A stretch of 64,000 nt of DNA, from assembly GCA_965112155.1 (NCBI GenBank), contig OZ218114.1; one strand, 5' to 3'. The notes beneath the pieces were generated by a model. That model worked only from the letters and a program-made list of their open reading frames with translations. It was not told the DNA's origin and did no database searches. Position 1 is the first letter of the stretch, and every line of letters starts with the position of its first letter. This document shows positions 46,101 through 54,028 of this stretch, one piece after another. Origin of the DNA: Podarcis liolepis. Lineage: Eukaryota. The position numbers and the translations under genes were made by a program.

Positions 46101-48285
46101 CCCGCTGGACGCCACGCTTCGCAGGTGGCGCACCACGCCCCCAGGATGCACACCACGCCCCCGCCTGCTCTTCTCCGCTGTTGGTAGGTGGAGGCCACCT
46201 TAGCAGGATAAACGATGGGGAGGGTAGAACAGCCTAAGCCAGCAGGGCTTAGCAGAACAGCAATGAGAAAGTGCCTGGAACGACTCTCCTAGGTCATGTG
46301 GACAGATCTGCTCCTAGCTGGGTTGCCTGCCTGCCTGCCTGCCTGCCTACCTGCCTCCACGTTCAGGGTGAGGCTTGCTACCTCTATGGTTGCAGCACCT
46401 AACACCCGTGGCTGCGCTGTGTGTTCCTCCTTGGCAGGTCTCCTATCCACGGCCGGGGCCTGTTCTGCAAAAGAAACATCGATGCAGGAGAGATGGTGAT
46501 CGAGTATGCCGGCAACGTGATCCGTTCCATCCTAACTGACAAGCGTGAGAAGTACTACGACAGCAAGGTAAGCCTTAGCAACAGCGGAGGCACTGCTGAA
46601 ACCCAGCTGGTCATGAGTGCTGGCCACAGGGGCCCTGAGGTTCTCCTGAGCGAGAACAAGGGCTGCCCAGGCCTTCAGTAAAGCTCTGGGGAAAGCAGGC
46701 CCTGGGTTCTTTGGTCGGAATGCACAGTGCAGGGGTCACCCTGCCAGCACTTGAGCAGTAAGGCAAGTGCCAGCACTTAAGCCTTGGAAGCAAAAGAGGG
46801 ATGAGAAGTGGTGGCTGCACAGGAAGAGGTTGATTTTCCTGCAGAAGGGAGGGGGATCCTTGGCTGGGTTGTCCCTCCCACTTGCTTCACTAGGCAGGAT
46901 TATGTAAATTAAGTTGAATTTACCCTTTAGTGGGTTGGCAACCCTTCCTTCTTGCCCAGCTGCCAGTGCAGGTAGGGTGACAGCTTGCCTGTAATCCTTT
47001 TCTGGGTTGCTGTGAAGAGAGGTTCTATTGCTATTGCCTTCAGGAAAACAGAAGCAGAAGATAGCTCAGAGAGCAGCTAGTCCTCCCTCACAGTGGCCCC
47101 TCTTCTCCCATCAGGAGAGGACATTTTGTCCTAGGAGCCTCTTGAGGTGACAGGATTGGTACCTGATTTTCCTAGGAGCTGGTAGTCAGGTCCTTCTCAG
47201 GTGCAGGCAGGGGCTGCTGCAAGATCTGGCAATTGGTGGGGCAGAGAGGGTGGAAGGGTTGTGGGGCTCTTGCCATGCATTCCCACCCCCACCCCCCTTA
47301 TCATAGAAGGTATGGCTCCCCATCCCAGATTTTGCCAGTGTGTCTAGCAAATCCTCATGCAGGGATCTGGAGCTGTCTATGCTCCCGCCTTCCCTATTCA
47401 GGAAACTGGTTTGGGGCTCCTTGAGCCTTATTGGGCTCAGGTTTGGGAAAAGGCTCAGCCTTTCCGTGTTTGGACAGGAAAGCCATCAGGTTGCCAGCCT
47501 TAGCTGCACTCTTACGACATAGGCTGAAATGTAAAACCTGATGGGAATGAGGCCTCCAGTTGTACTATTATGATACGTGAAGATTTCTTAGGCTTGCAGC
47601 ACAAAAAAGAAAGAGAATTTTAGAGTTGGGAGGGTCCTCTAGTCCAATCCTCTGCAATGCAGAAATCTCAGCTAAGGCCTCCATGACATATGGCCAACCA
47701 GCCTCTGATTAAAAAATCTCCAAGTGGCTTACTTTCTTTTTAAAACAAAAGTATAAGTCATAAATCAAGAATACATTATAATAAAGACCTGTAACAATTC
47801 ACAGAAACTTCAGAGACTCAAATAAATACAGACACTCATCAGTCAGTCTCCCTGGCACGTCCTTTGGCAACCTTTTAAAAGGCGTGTTGAACAGGCATAG
47901 GTTGGCTTTTATGTTGCAGCTGGTCATGTCTGAAGGGTTAGCTGTGGTGGTGCCCTGTGACCTGAAACCAGCCCATCCTCTCTCCCTGCCCCCTCCTCTC
48001 CTGGCCCAGGGCATCGGCTGCTACATGTTCCGCATTGATGACTCCGAGGTGGTGGACGCCACCATGCACGGGAACGCAGCCCGCTTCATCAACCACTCCT
48101 GTGAGCCCAACTGCTACTCCCGAGTCATCAACATTGATGGGCAGAAGCACATAGTCATATTTGCCATGCGCAAGATCTACCGCGGTGAGGAGCTGACCTA
48201 CGACTACAAGTTCCCTATCGAAGACGCCAGCAACAAGCTGCCCTGCAATTGCGGTGCCAAGAAATGCCGCCGGTTCCTCAACTGA
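4393..48285 (+). CDS. KMT2A: Histone-lysine N-methyltransferase 2A (MLL1), complete 36-exon CDS, ~3,971-3,973 aa
   Basis: Starts [14 protein letters not shown] (menin-binding motif). Contains AT-hooks, CXXC, PHD1-3, bromodomain, ePHD4, FYRN, two Taspase1 sites, FYRC, Win motif and SET/post-SET, ending ...[13 protein letters not shown]. Summed exon length is 11,916 or 11,922 nt depending on the exon-3 acceptor; frame is continuous across all junctions. Confidence 0.99.
5575..5918 (+). mobile_element. CR1 LINE 3' end
   Basis: CTGGAGAAGAAGAGACTG...TTCCAACTCTACAATTATATGATTCTATG, a typical CR1 terminus. Confidence 0.8.
6075..6198. mobile_element. Short palindromic hAT-like MITE remnant
   Basis: TTTTTGGACTACAACT...AGTTGCAGTCCAAAAA internal inverted repeat; related to the copy at 9696. 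Confidence 0.55.
6232..6429 (+). mobile_element. tRNA-derived SINE (Squam3-like)
   Basis: A-box GCTCAGCGGTAGAGC, B-box GTTCAAGCCC, body ...ATACTGAGCTAGATGGA...GCTTCCTATGTT. Confidence 0.7.
6427..6487. repeat. (GTTT)n(GTTTA)n microsatellite
   Basis: Seen directly. Confidence 0.95.
9696..9833. mobile_element. hAT-like MITE
   Basis: Ends CAGAGATAACCAA / TTGGCTATCCCTG; internal GGACTACAACTCTCATCA...TGATGGGAGTTG inverted repeat. Confidence 0.65.
13965..14290 (+). mobile_element. Decayed L1-like LINE 3' fragment
   Basis: A-rich degenerate ORF2 C-terminus-like stretch followed by G- and T-rich UTR-like sequence. Confidence 0.4.
15990..16058. repeat. (CT)n(GT)n compound microsatellite
   Basis: Seen directly. 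Confidence 0.95.
16327..16552. mobile_element. Tc1/mariner (pogo/Tigger-like) MITE, family A
   Basis: TIRs CAGTGGTACCTCGGGTTA / TAACCTGAGGTACCACTG; TA on both sides. Confidence 0.9.
17779..18012 (-). mobile_element. CR1 3' end fragment
   Basis: AAGAACA...CTGGATCAGACCAAAGGCTCATCTAG...CAGCCATCATGACCAGTAGCCACTGATAGCCTT; related pieces near 17350-17540, 30430-30545 and 52170-52245. Confidence 0.6.
18158..18227 (+). CDS. KMT2A: KMT2A exon 2
   Basis: tttgcag|[12 protein letters not shown]...|gtatgt; 70 nt. Confidence 0.96.
18877..21557 (+). CDS. KMT2A: KMT2A exon 3 (AT-hooks, SNL1/SNL2)
   Basis: ORF 18840-21584; [22 protein letters not shown]; acceptor at 18877 or in-frame tandem acceptor 18883; donor CAG|gtattt. 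Confidence 0.96.
21915..22049 (+). mobile_element. L2-type LINE 3' end with (TTA)n tail
   Basis: GGAGCCGCCCAGAGTGGCTG...AGCCAGATGGGCGGGGTATAAATAATAA(TTA)n; second copy at ~43590-43695. Confidence 0.7.
22105..22129. repeat. (CA)n microsatellite
   Basis: Seen directly. Confidence 0.9.
22529..22706 (+). CDS. KMT2A: KMT2A exon 4
   Basis: [22 protein letters not shown]...SSMGND; ag/gt flanks; 178 nt. Confidence 0.97.
22928..23162 (+). CDS. KMT2A: KMT2A exon 5 (CXXC zinc finger)
   Basis: [36 protein letters not shown]; 235 nt. Confidence 0.98.
23939..24003 (+). CDS. KMT2A: KMT2A exon 6
   Basis: [21 protein letters not shown]; 65 nt. Confidence 0.97.
24230..24613 (+). CDS. KMT2A: KMT2A exon 7
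   Basis: [10 protein letters not shown]...PPPEV; tacag| and |gtaggt; 384 nt keeps phase 1. Confidence 0.93.
24970..25043 (+). CDS. KMT2A: KMT2A exon 8
   Basis: [25 protein letters not shown]; 74 nt. Confidence 0.95.
25346..25671. mobile_element. Tc1/mariner-type MITE, family B
   Basis: TIRs CAGTGGTGCCCCGCAAGACGAA / TTCGTCTTGCGAGGCACCACTG; TA flanks; internal CGCAAGACG repeats; CpG-rich. Confidence 0.9.
25989..26117 (+). CDS. KMT2A: KMT2A exon 9
   Basis: ERPPPVSKP...[10 protein letters not shown]; 129 nt. Confidence 0.96.
26680..26793 (+). CDS. KMT2A: KMT2A exon 10 (PHD1 start)
   Basis: [15 protein letters not shown]...[11 protein letters not shown]; 114 nt. Confidence 0.97.
27327..27473 (+). 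CDS. KMT2A: KMT2A exon 11 (PHD1/2)
   Basis: [17 protein letters not shown]...HQATK; 147 nt. Confidence 0.97.
27624..27829. mobile_element. hAT MITE with perfect 8-bp TSD
   Basis: 16-bp perfect TIRs CAGAGCTTTCCAAACT / AGTTTGGAAAGCTCTG; TSD GTCTAAAG at 27616-27623 and 27830-27837. Confidence 0.92.
27891..27986 (+). CDS. KMT2A: KMT2A exon 12 (PHD2)
   Basis: [32 protein letters not shown]; 96 nt. Confidence 0.97.
28307..28427 (+). CDS. KMT2A: KMT2A exon 13
   Basis: [40 protein letters not shown]; 121 nt. Confidence 0.97.
28772..28885 (+). CDS. KMT2A: KMT2A exon 14 (PHD3)
   Basis: [38 protein letters not shown]; 114 nt. Confidence 0.97.
29284..29468 (+). CDS. KMT2A: KMT2A exon 15 (PHD3 end)
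   Basis: [18 protein letters not shown]...LLRYRQ; 185 nt. Confidence 0.97.
30632..30805 (+). CDS. KMT2A: KMT2A exon 16 (bromodomain)
   Basis: [13 protein letters not shown]...GGYISV; 174 nt. Confidence 0.96.
31184..31294 (+). CDS. KMT2A: KMT2A exon 17
   Basis: [16 protein letters not shown]...KSFFIR; 111 nt. Confidence 0.97.
31573..31646 (+). CDS. KMT2A: KMT2A exon 18
   Basis: [23 protein letters not shown]; 74 nt. Confidence 0.97.
31985..32178 (+). CDS. KMT2A: KMT2A exon 19 (HCF-binding DHNY motif)
   Basis: [22 protein letters not shown]...; 194 nt. Confidence 0.96.
32578..32684 (+). CDS. KMT2A: KMT2A exon 20
   Basis: [35 protein letters not shown]; 107 nt; unusual GAG acceptor. Confidence 0.92.
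32780..34032 (+). mobile_element. Decayed CR1 LINE (RT region to 3' end) in KMT2A intron 20
   Basis: Remnants such as AGCAAAGCATTTTACAAAG and CACTAGTCAGACCTCATCTGGAGTAC; terminus GGGTTGGACTAGA...TGATTCCATGA. Confidence 0.8.
34159..34296 (+). CDS. KMT2A: KMT2A exon 21 (ePHD)
   Basis: [27 protein letters not shown]...GKQL; 138 nt. Confidence 0.98.
35221..35379 (+). CDS. KMT2A: KMT2A exon 22 (PHD4)
   Basis: [19 protein letters not shown]...IKGE; 159 nt. Confidence 0.98.
35517..35634 (+). CDS. KMT2A: KMT2A exon 23
   Basis: [19 protein letters not shown]...IHMMI; 118 nt. Confidence 0.97.
35731..35809 (+). CDS. KMT2A: KMT2A exon 24 (FYRN)
   Basis: [27 protein letters not shown]; 79 nt. Confidence 0.97.
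35991..36151 (+). CDS. KMT2A: KMT2A exon 25 (FYRN), GC donor
   Basis: [21 protein letters not shown]...; 161 nt ending CAG|gcaagt. Confidence 0.92.
36925..37083 (+). CDS. KMT2A: KMT2A exon 26
   Basis: [11 protein letters not shown]...[11 protein letters not shown]; 159 nt; strong pyrimidine tract. Confidence 0.9.
37992..42255 (+). CDS. KMT2A: KMT2A exon 27 (Taspase1 sites, transactivation domain)
   Basis: ORF 37940-42259; QVDGADD 39443-39463, QLDGVDD 39599-39619, [13 protein letters not shown]-binding motif; donor GG|gtaag; 4264 nt. Confidence 0.97.
42789..42872 (+). CDS. KMT2A: KMT2A exon 28
   Basis: ttccag|...[12 protein letters not shown]|gtaagg; 84 nt, frame-preserving. Confidence 0.85.
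43439..43503 (+). CDS. KMT2A: KMT2A exon 29
   Basis: [21 protein letters not shown]; 65 nt; donor gtatgt. Confidence 0.87.
43590..43695 (+). mobile_element. L2-type LINE 3' end, second copy
   Basis: GGAAGCCGCCCAGTGTGGCTGGGGAAACCCAGCCAGATGGGC...TTACTATTATTA. Confidence 0.65.
43868..44038 (+). CDS. KMT2A: KMT2A exon 30 (FYRC start)
   Basis: [12 protein letters not shown]...[17 protein letters not shown]; 171 nt. Confidence 0.95.
44309..44383 (+). CDS. KMT2A: KMT2A exon 31 (FYRC)
   Basis: [25 protein letters not shown]; 75 nt. Confidence 0.97.
44869..45043 (+). CDS. KMT2A: KMT2A exon 32 (FYRC, WDR5 Win motif)
   Basis: [22 protein letters not shown]...[11 protein letters not shown]; 175 nt. 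Confidence 0.97.
45558..45665 (+). CDS. KMT2A: KMT2A exon 33
   Basis: [20 protein letters not shown]...LKSAR; 108 nt. Confidence 0.97.
45914..45997 (+). CDS. KMT2A: KMT2A exon 34
   Basis: [28 protein letters not shown]; 84 nt. Confidence 0.97.
46438..46567 (+). CDS. KMT2A: KMT2A exon 35 (SET)
   Basis: [43 protein letters not shown]; 130 nt. Confidence 0.98.
48010..48285 (+). CDS. KMT2A: KMT2A exon 36 (SET/post-SET, stop)
   Basis: [11 protein letters not shown]...[11 protein letters not shown]...ELTYDY...[13 protein letters not shown]. Confidence 0.98.
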   Translation, partial: GIGCYMFRIDDSEVVDATMHGNAARFINHSCEPNCYSRVINIDGQKHIVIFAMRKIYRGEELTYDYKFPIEDASNKLPCNCGAKKCRRFLN

Positions 48286-51200
48286 ACGCTGACCTGACCT
48301 GGCTGTCGTAGGGGTTGGGCTCCGCCAGTCTCAGGCGTGTGGAAGGTGGGGTGGGTGGGGTGGCCCTCCCACGGCAAGTGGATCAAGCCAGGCAGCGGGT
48401 GGCCGAGGCCTGGTATTGTTTGCTGCCTCCTTGGCTTTGTGAAGGGTCCTGCCCAGATGATGGACTTCGTTGTCCCGTCTTGCAAGGAAAACTGCTGGAG
48501 TGTTGGGCTGCTGCAGCAGCCAAGGACTGCCTTGAGAGGTGGGGCTTCCCTTCCCGCACACTTTGGTGGGCCCTTCCTCCTCAGACTTGGAGACATGGCC
48601 TGCAGGTCTCCGTGAGCTGCCCTTGTGTCTTGCCTCTGGTTGCTGTTCCCTGAAATTCCCATGACTTGTCGAGGAATAGCTCATCAGTATTTGAGCAGGC
48701 AAGCAATGAGGACTAAGGGCTTCCATGCGCTTTGGGTGAGGTTAGGTTAGAAGTGCAGCCGAGGTGGACTCCCTGCCCTAGGAAGCAGGCTGTCCTGCCA
48801 GGCATTCAGTCCCTAGAGCCCTCTCCCTGCCCTGCATCTGCCCTCCAGTTGGGACTCCAGAGGAAACTGAGCCCCACAGGCAGTGGGCCTGGCGCCTCTC
48901 TGAGCACCAGCCTACAGCAGCTGATAGCATTTCCTTCCCTACCAGCTGCTCTCTGACATAGGAAAAGGCAGGGAGTGCCAACACTCCCAGTGAGCTAGAG
49001 GCTGTGGGTTCCCTGGTCCAAGATTGGGGGACCCAAAAGGTGATGGATCTCCCTAGTGGGATCATGTGCCCGTTTAAAAGCAAACACAAGCAGCACAACT
49101 TCCTTTCAGCCTCCTTCAGTTGCACCCTCTTGAATTATTATGTCATTGGATTTTACTTGGTTCTTCTGTTTACAGTTTAGTATTTAAGGTTTTGTAAATG
49201 TAAATATATTTTGTATATTTTTCTATGAGAAGCACTTCATAGCGAAGAGCACTTATGAAACTATTTTTTCAATTGTGGTTGTCATCCTAATTTAAAAGAA
49301 TCAGTTTTTAATGACCTTATTATTTTAATAGGATGGGCTTTAGGAGGTTGCTGGCCAGGCCTGCAGTCTGAACCTTCCTCTAGAGAGCAGTGGGGGCAGC
49401 GGGGAGAACCTTTCCAGTTTTCTGGAAGCTTCGGCTGGACCTCGAATTACACATTGTGGGAGAGAAGATACACACACATCTGCAAGAGGTGTTTTGAACC
49501 CAGCATTGGTGCTGGGTTTTAACATGGGGGTGGGAGTACAGCACAGAGGGGACCCCCTGACCTTCCTCTCTCTTGGGAAGAGGCCAAAATCCCACCACGC
49601 CACCCCTCAGTAACCCAACATTTCTGGTCTGCTCCATCTCATGCCACCAGATTAAACTTCCTTGGCTCTGAAACTGCAAGCAAACCTTCCTATGGTTGCC
49701 TAGTAAAGCCGCAGCAGCAGCCAGGCTTCTTTTGGGCCAACAAGCACATTCCCTATGAAGATCTTGCCTCTCCTGCAGCCCAGCTTCCAGTTGCCTGGGG
49801 AGGACAGGCCAGCACCTACTAAGCCTTCCGCTCCAGCTGGAGTGGTACAGGGCATGTGTTCATTTCTCCTATGGGGGGGGGGGGGCGCAAAACCCAAGTT
49901 TGGGTTGCCTGTGGTGAATGTGGCAGAGTTTTTGGGGAATCGAGTAGCCCTCCAGCTTTCCTGTTCCAGGCTGCCACATCCTGTGGGCCAAAGAGGAACA
50001 TAATTTGCATGTCCCCTGCTGCTACCAAAGCCCTGGGCCAGTAGCTGCCAGGTCAAAAGAGAGTTCCGTCCCTTGCTTCTTCCTCTCTTCCACAAGGAAG
50101 TTCCAAGCAAGGAACAGGAGGAGGAGGAGCACAAGCATGTGGCTCAGGGCAGAGCTGGACTGGGGTCCAAGCTCACTGACATTTGCTGCTGCTGTTGCTG
50201 CTGCTAAACCCTGTTCTGACTGAGCTCAGCAGCAGGCAGCCACTATGGCCAGTAACCCAAGGGAAGAAGGCATGCATGCCACTGTGCCTGGGCTCCATGG
50301 GGAGGCCGGCAGGAACGGAGAGAAGGAAGGGTTGGGGTCTTGGCCAGTTGTGTTGGCTCTGATCCGTGGAGCAAAGGGAGGAGCTCCATGCGGCTTCCTG
50401 GCAATATGAATGTATAATTTCTAAGGACTGACAGAGATCATGATACCTGAGAATACTAAGAGTCAAACCTTTAAGGTGTTTATTTTTTTAAAGGAAAAGC
50501 GGGTCACTGCAAAGGGCTGGGGTATAATAATCTTCTCTTCATTGTCCTCCCTTGCGAAGCAATACCGGGTTCTTGTTCTTTGTGCAGAATCATGTCGTTC
50601 TCACCCAGATTGCTGCTCCATCCTCCTCCCCTCCACCATCTCCTCCTCCCACACACCTGCAAGTTTTTATAACTATAAATATGGTATATATAGGAACAAA
50701 TATCGTACTGCACCATGTCTTGAAGCCTGGCTTTGAATTCTCTTTAACACTATAGATAAGAGTTGTGTTCCAGTTGCTCAAAAGGCAGGAAAACCAGCAA
50801 GCCAGAGGCTTCGGGGCCAGTTGACGTCTCCCTCCTCCAAGGAGGACTGGGTAAGGGACCGGGGGTGGAGGGGTGGATGCTCTGGCTCAGTCTGCCTGCA
50901 TGCAAACCCCCAGGAAGCTGTTGGGGGCTTGGCTATGAATTCTCCTGACCTTCAGTGTTAACAGTCAGTTCTTGTACAACTTGTTTCTTGCCGCCTTCGC
51001 TGCCTCCTCCTGGGTTCTGATTGTTGAGGTACCAAAACGGCATCATCTGCTTTCCTGGTACCTTAACAAGGTCCTGCAGCTTTGCCTCTCAGCCGAGAAC
51101 TGTGCTCGTGATGTTCCTTTGATTCAACGTAGCCGTCTTTTAATAGCTCAAGGTAGTGAATAATTGTCTCAAACCGTGCAAAAGCTACGCAAACAGGGTT

Positions 51201-51555
51201 TTGTTCCAGAGAAAAAGCAACTATCATGTAAAACCAATCTCTCTCTCTCTCTTCGTTTTATTTCTTGTGTTCTTCCAGATTGTTTGGGTTTTTGTTTGTT
51301 TGTTTGTTTGTTTTCTTTAAAAAGAGGAAACGCGTCTCTCGTGCTGCATCAGTGTTAATTCCCTGTCATCGTCACAGGGATGAAGGAAGTACTTTCAGTA
51401 GTTCAAGAAATGACTGAAAAGTTCCATGAAAGACTGAATGTAAAAACAAGTGTATATAGTTGTACAAAAAAAGGAGTTTTTAAACATGTTTATTTTCTAT
51501 GCACTTTTTTATTTAAGTGATAGTTTAATTAATAAACATGTCAAGTTTATTGCTT
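48286..51555 (+). other. KMT2A: KMT2A 3'UTR (~3.3 kb)
   Basis: Follows the stop codon; AU-rich blocks at ~49130-49330 and ~51340-51555; AATAAA at 51531; transposon debris begins shortly after. Confidence 0.75.
51531..51536 (+). terminator. KMT2A polyadenylation signal
   Basis: AATAAA with upstream U-rich/UGUA elements and downstream GU/U-rich sequence. Confidence 0.75.
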
Positions 51556-51736
51556 CAGAGGATGGTGTTTTCATTTATTGATCAAGGCTGCGGAGGTTTT
51601 CAGCAGGGGAGGGGGGCTAATTTGTATATAGCTCTCAAGAAACAATAAAAAAGGAAGTCACCTCTTCTAGGCTGCAATACAAACACAAGGTAAGACCATT
51701 TACTTCACCTCTTGGGCTTCTTTCCTTGTTGCAATA

Positions 51737-51976
51737 CAGTCATACCTCAGAAGTTGGACGCCTTTCGAGATGAACGTTTTGGCTCCTGAACACCGCAAGC
51801 CTGGAAATGATTGTTCCTGTTTGCGAACGTTATTTGGAACCCGAACGCCCGTTGCGGCTTCCGATTGGCTGCAGGAGCTTCCTGCTGCCAATCAGAAACT
51901 GTGCCTTGGTTCCTAAACATTTTGGAAGTCGAATGGTCTTCTGGAATGGATTCCGTTCGACTTCAGAGGACGACAG
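51737..51976. mobile_element. Degenerate Tc1/mariner-type MITE
   Basis: TA-CAGTCATACCTC ... GAGGACGACAG-TA; internal inverted repeat GATTGGCTGCAGGA / TCCTGCTGCCAATC. Confidence 0.6.
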
Positions 51977-52350
51977 TATATTTGATATTCTGCAAGGTGA
52001 AAGTGCTGCAACAGTCTTACACGCTTCCTTGTCCAGAAGCAAAAGGGAAACCTTGTGGGGAAAGAGATACCTCATAAAAACAATCCTGCTGAATCCAAAT
52101 AAAGGCCGAGCACATGCCCCAAAGGGAAGCCCACAGTGAAGACCCAAGTGCAAAGGGTATCCCTTCCACTGGTACACAGAAACTGATGTGCAGAGGCAGG
52201 CTGCTTCTGATACTGGAAGTAGTACACAGCCATCATTGACTAGGAGTTTTAAAGCTGCTCTGCCACCCTTTTCATTTTAAGTGCCAGCAAACTGGTTCCG
52301 GTGGAGCCCATTGCTTTTGCATTGGTCCAGCTTGTCCCCAAAAGTCCCAT

Positions 52351-52685
52351 AAAGGTAAAGGTACCCCTGACCATTGATTCTAGTCACGGATGACTCGGGG
52401 GTTGCACGCTCATCTCGCTCTATAGGCCAAGGGAGCCGGCGTTTATCCGCAGACAGCTTCTGGGTCATGTGGCCAGCATGACTAAGCTGCTTCTGGCGAA
52501 CCTTCCCGCCGGAGCGGTACCTATTTATCTACTTGCACTTGACGTGCTTTTGAACTGCTAGGTGGACAGGAGCTGGGACTGAACAATGGGAGCTCACTCT
52601 GTCGCAGGGATTCGAACTGCAAACCTTCCGATCCACAAGCCCTAGGCTCTGTGGTTACTTTAGACCACAGCGCCACCCGCGTCCC
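52351..52685 (-). mobile_element. Sauria SINE with intact 5' end and an internal deletion
   Basis: Minus-strand head GGGACGCGGGTGGCGCTGTGG, B-box GTTCGAATCC, (ACCTTT)n tail. Confidence 0.9.
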
Positions 52686-53108
52686 TTGGCATCTTGCAAA
52701 TCCATGCCCTGCCTCCTGGCACCACTGGTCTCATCCATGTGTTGAGACTGCTCACTCTTTTACCTGGCCTTGTGCATGGCAAGAGTAGCATTTCAAGGAA
52801 TGCATCCCAAACTCAAAAGTCCCCGCAAGAGAAGTGCAGCTGGCATAGTGTCACTGCACAAGAGAAACAATAATTGTGGCTGGCACAGGTGTGGTTTATA
52901 TCCTGTCAAACTCTGATTGCCTGCATGGTTCCACATCTGGAGAGTGCTTTCATGCCACCATGAGGGTAGCCGGTGAGAGGGGCAGGGAGCTGATTTTCCC
53001 AGATCGGCTTGAGCCCGTTGTTTCCCATGGGACATGTCCCTGCGCATTGCCCCTTTGGTAGGCATAGCATCCTGGAATAGTTGCAGTCTTGAGCAGGGGT
53101 TACATATA

Positions 53109-53334
53109 CAGTGATACCTCGGGTTAAGTACTTAATTTGCTCCGGAGGTCTGTTCTTAACCTGAAACTGTTCTTAACCTGAAGCACCACTTTAGCTAATG
53201 GGGCCTCCTGCTGCTGCCGCACTGCCAGAGCATGATATTTGTTCTCATCCTGAAGCAAAGTTCTTAACCCAAGGTACTATTTCTGGTTTAGCAGAGTCTG
53301 TAACCTGAAGCTTATGTAACCCAAGGTACCACTG
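53109..53334. mobile_element. Tc1/mariner MITE, family A, second copy
   Basis: Colinear with 16327-16552; TA flanks. Confidence 0.9.
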
Positions 53335-54028
53335 TATATGGCAGCCAGCTGGCTTCTAACATGCCCCTTTTTTGCCAGGCAGATCAGTGGCAGGCCTGAC
53401 CTTCATCCACCAAGCTGCCCATTAGTGGACAGATGAACTTCTGGCAGCAGCAGCAGATTCCCAGCAGCATGGACTCCCCTCTGCTGTGGAGGGCAGTTGC
53501 ACTGCATCCTAGCCCCTTCCAGTCCAGTAGATTCGTGGTTTGAACTCCGTAACACAGCATAGTAAAACGTGGGCTCAAAACAGTAGCAAATGTAATCCGG
53601 ATTAGCTACAGAAATCCCCCAAAGCCTGTTAGGAAAATTTGGTCTTTACTGCAGCAGGGAAAGCGGCTGGGTCGACCTTTCTCCAGCCCTGCTGTTCCAC
53701 CGGTGTTGCTAGAAACTCTGGGACAGAGCATCTGGGCTGGCTGGAGGTATGTGTGCGCCCCCTCCCTTTTTTGTTATTCCTGCACTGTGTTAGTTCCCGC
53801 CCTTCTTGCTCCTCCCCCAGCCCTGGGAATGTGCTTGGGGGTCAAAAACCTTCCCTGTTTCAGCTCCAGCAACAGCACCCACTTAGACCTAGACGCAGCA
53901 GCAGCAGCAGCAGGGCATTGCCCCATCTCCTCCCCCAATGCTATTGGCTGCTTGGTAAGCCAGCCCCTCTCTCTCCCCCCCCCACTTGCTCTCCCAGGTC
54001 ACTCAAGATCTCATCCACAGGAGCCGAC

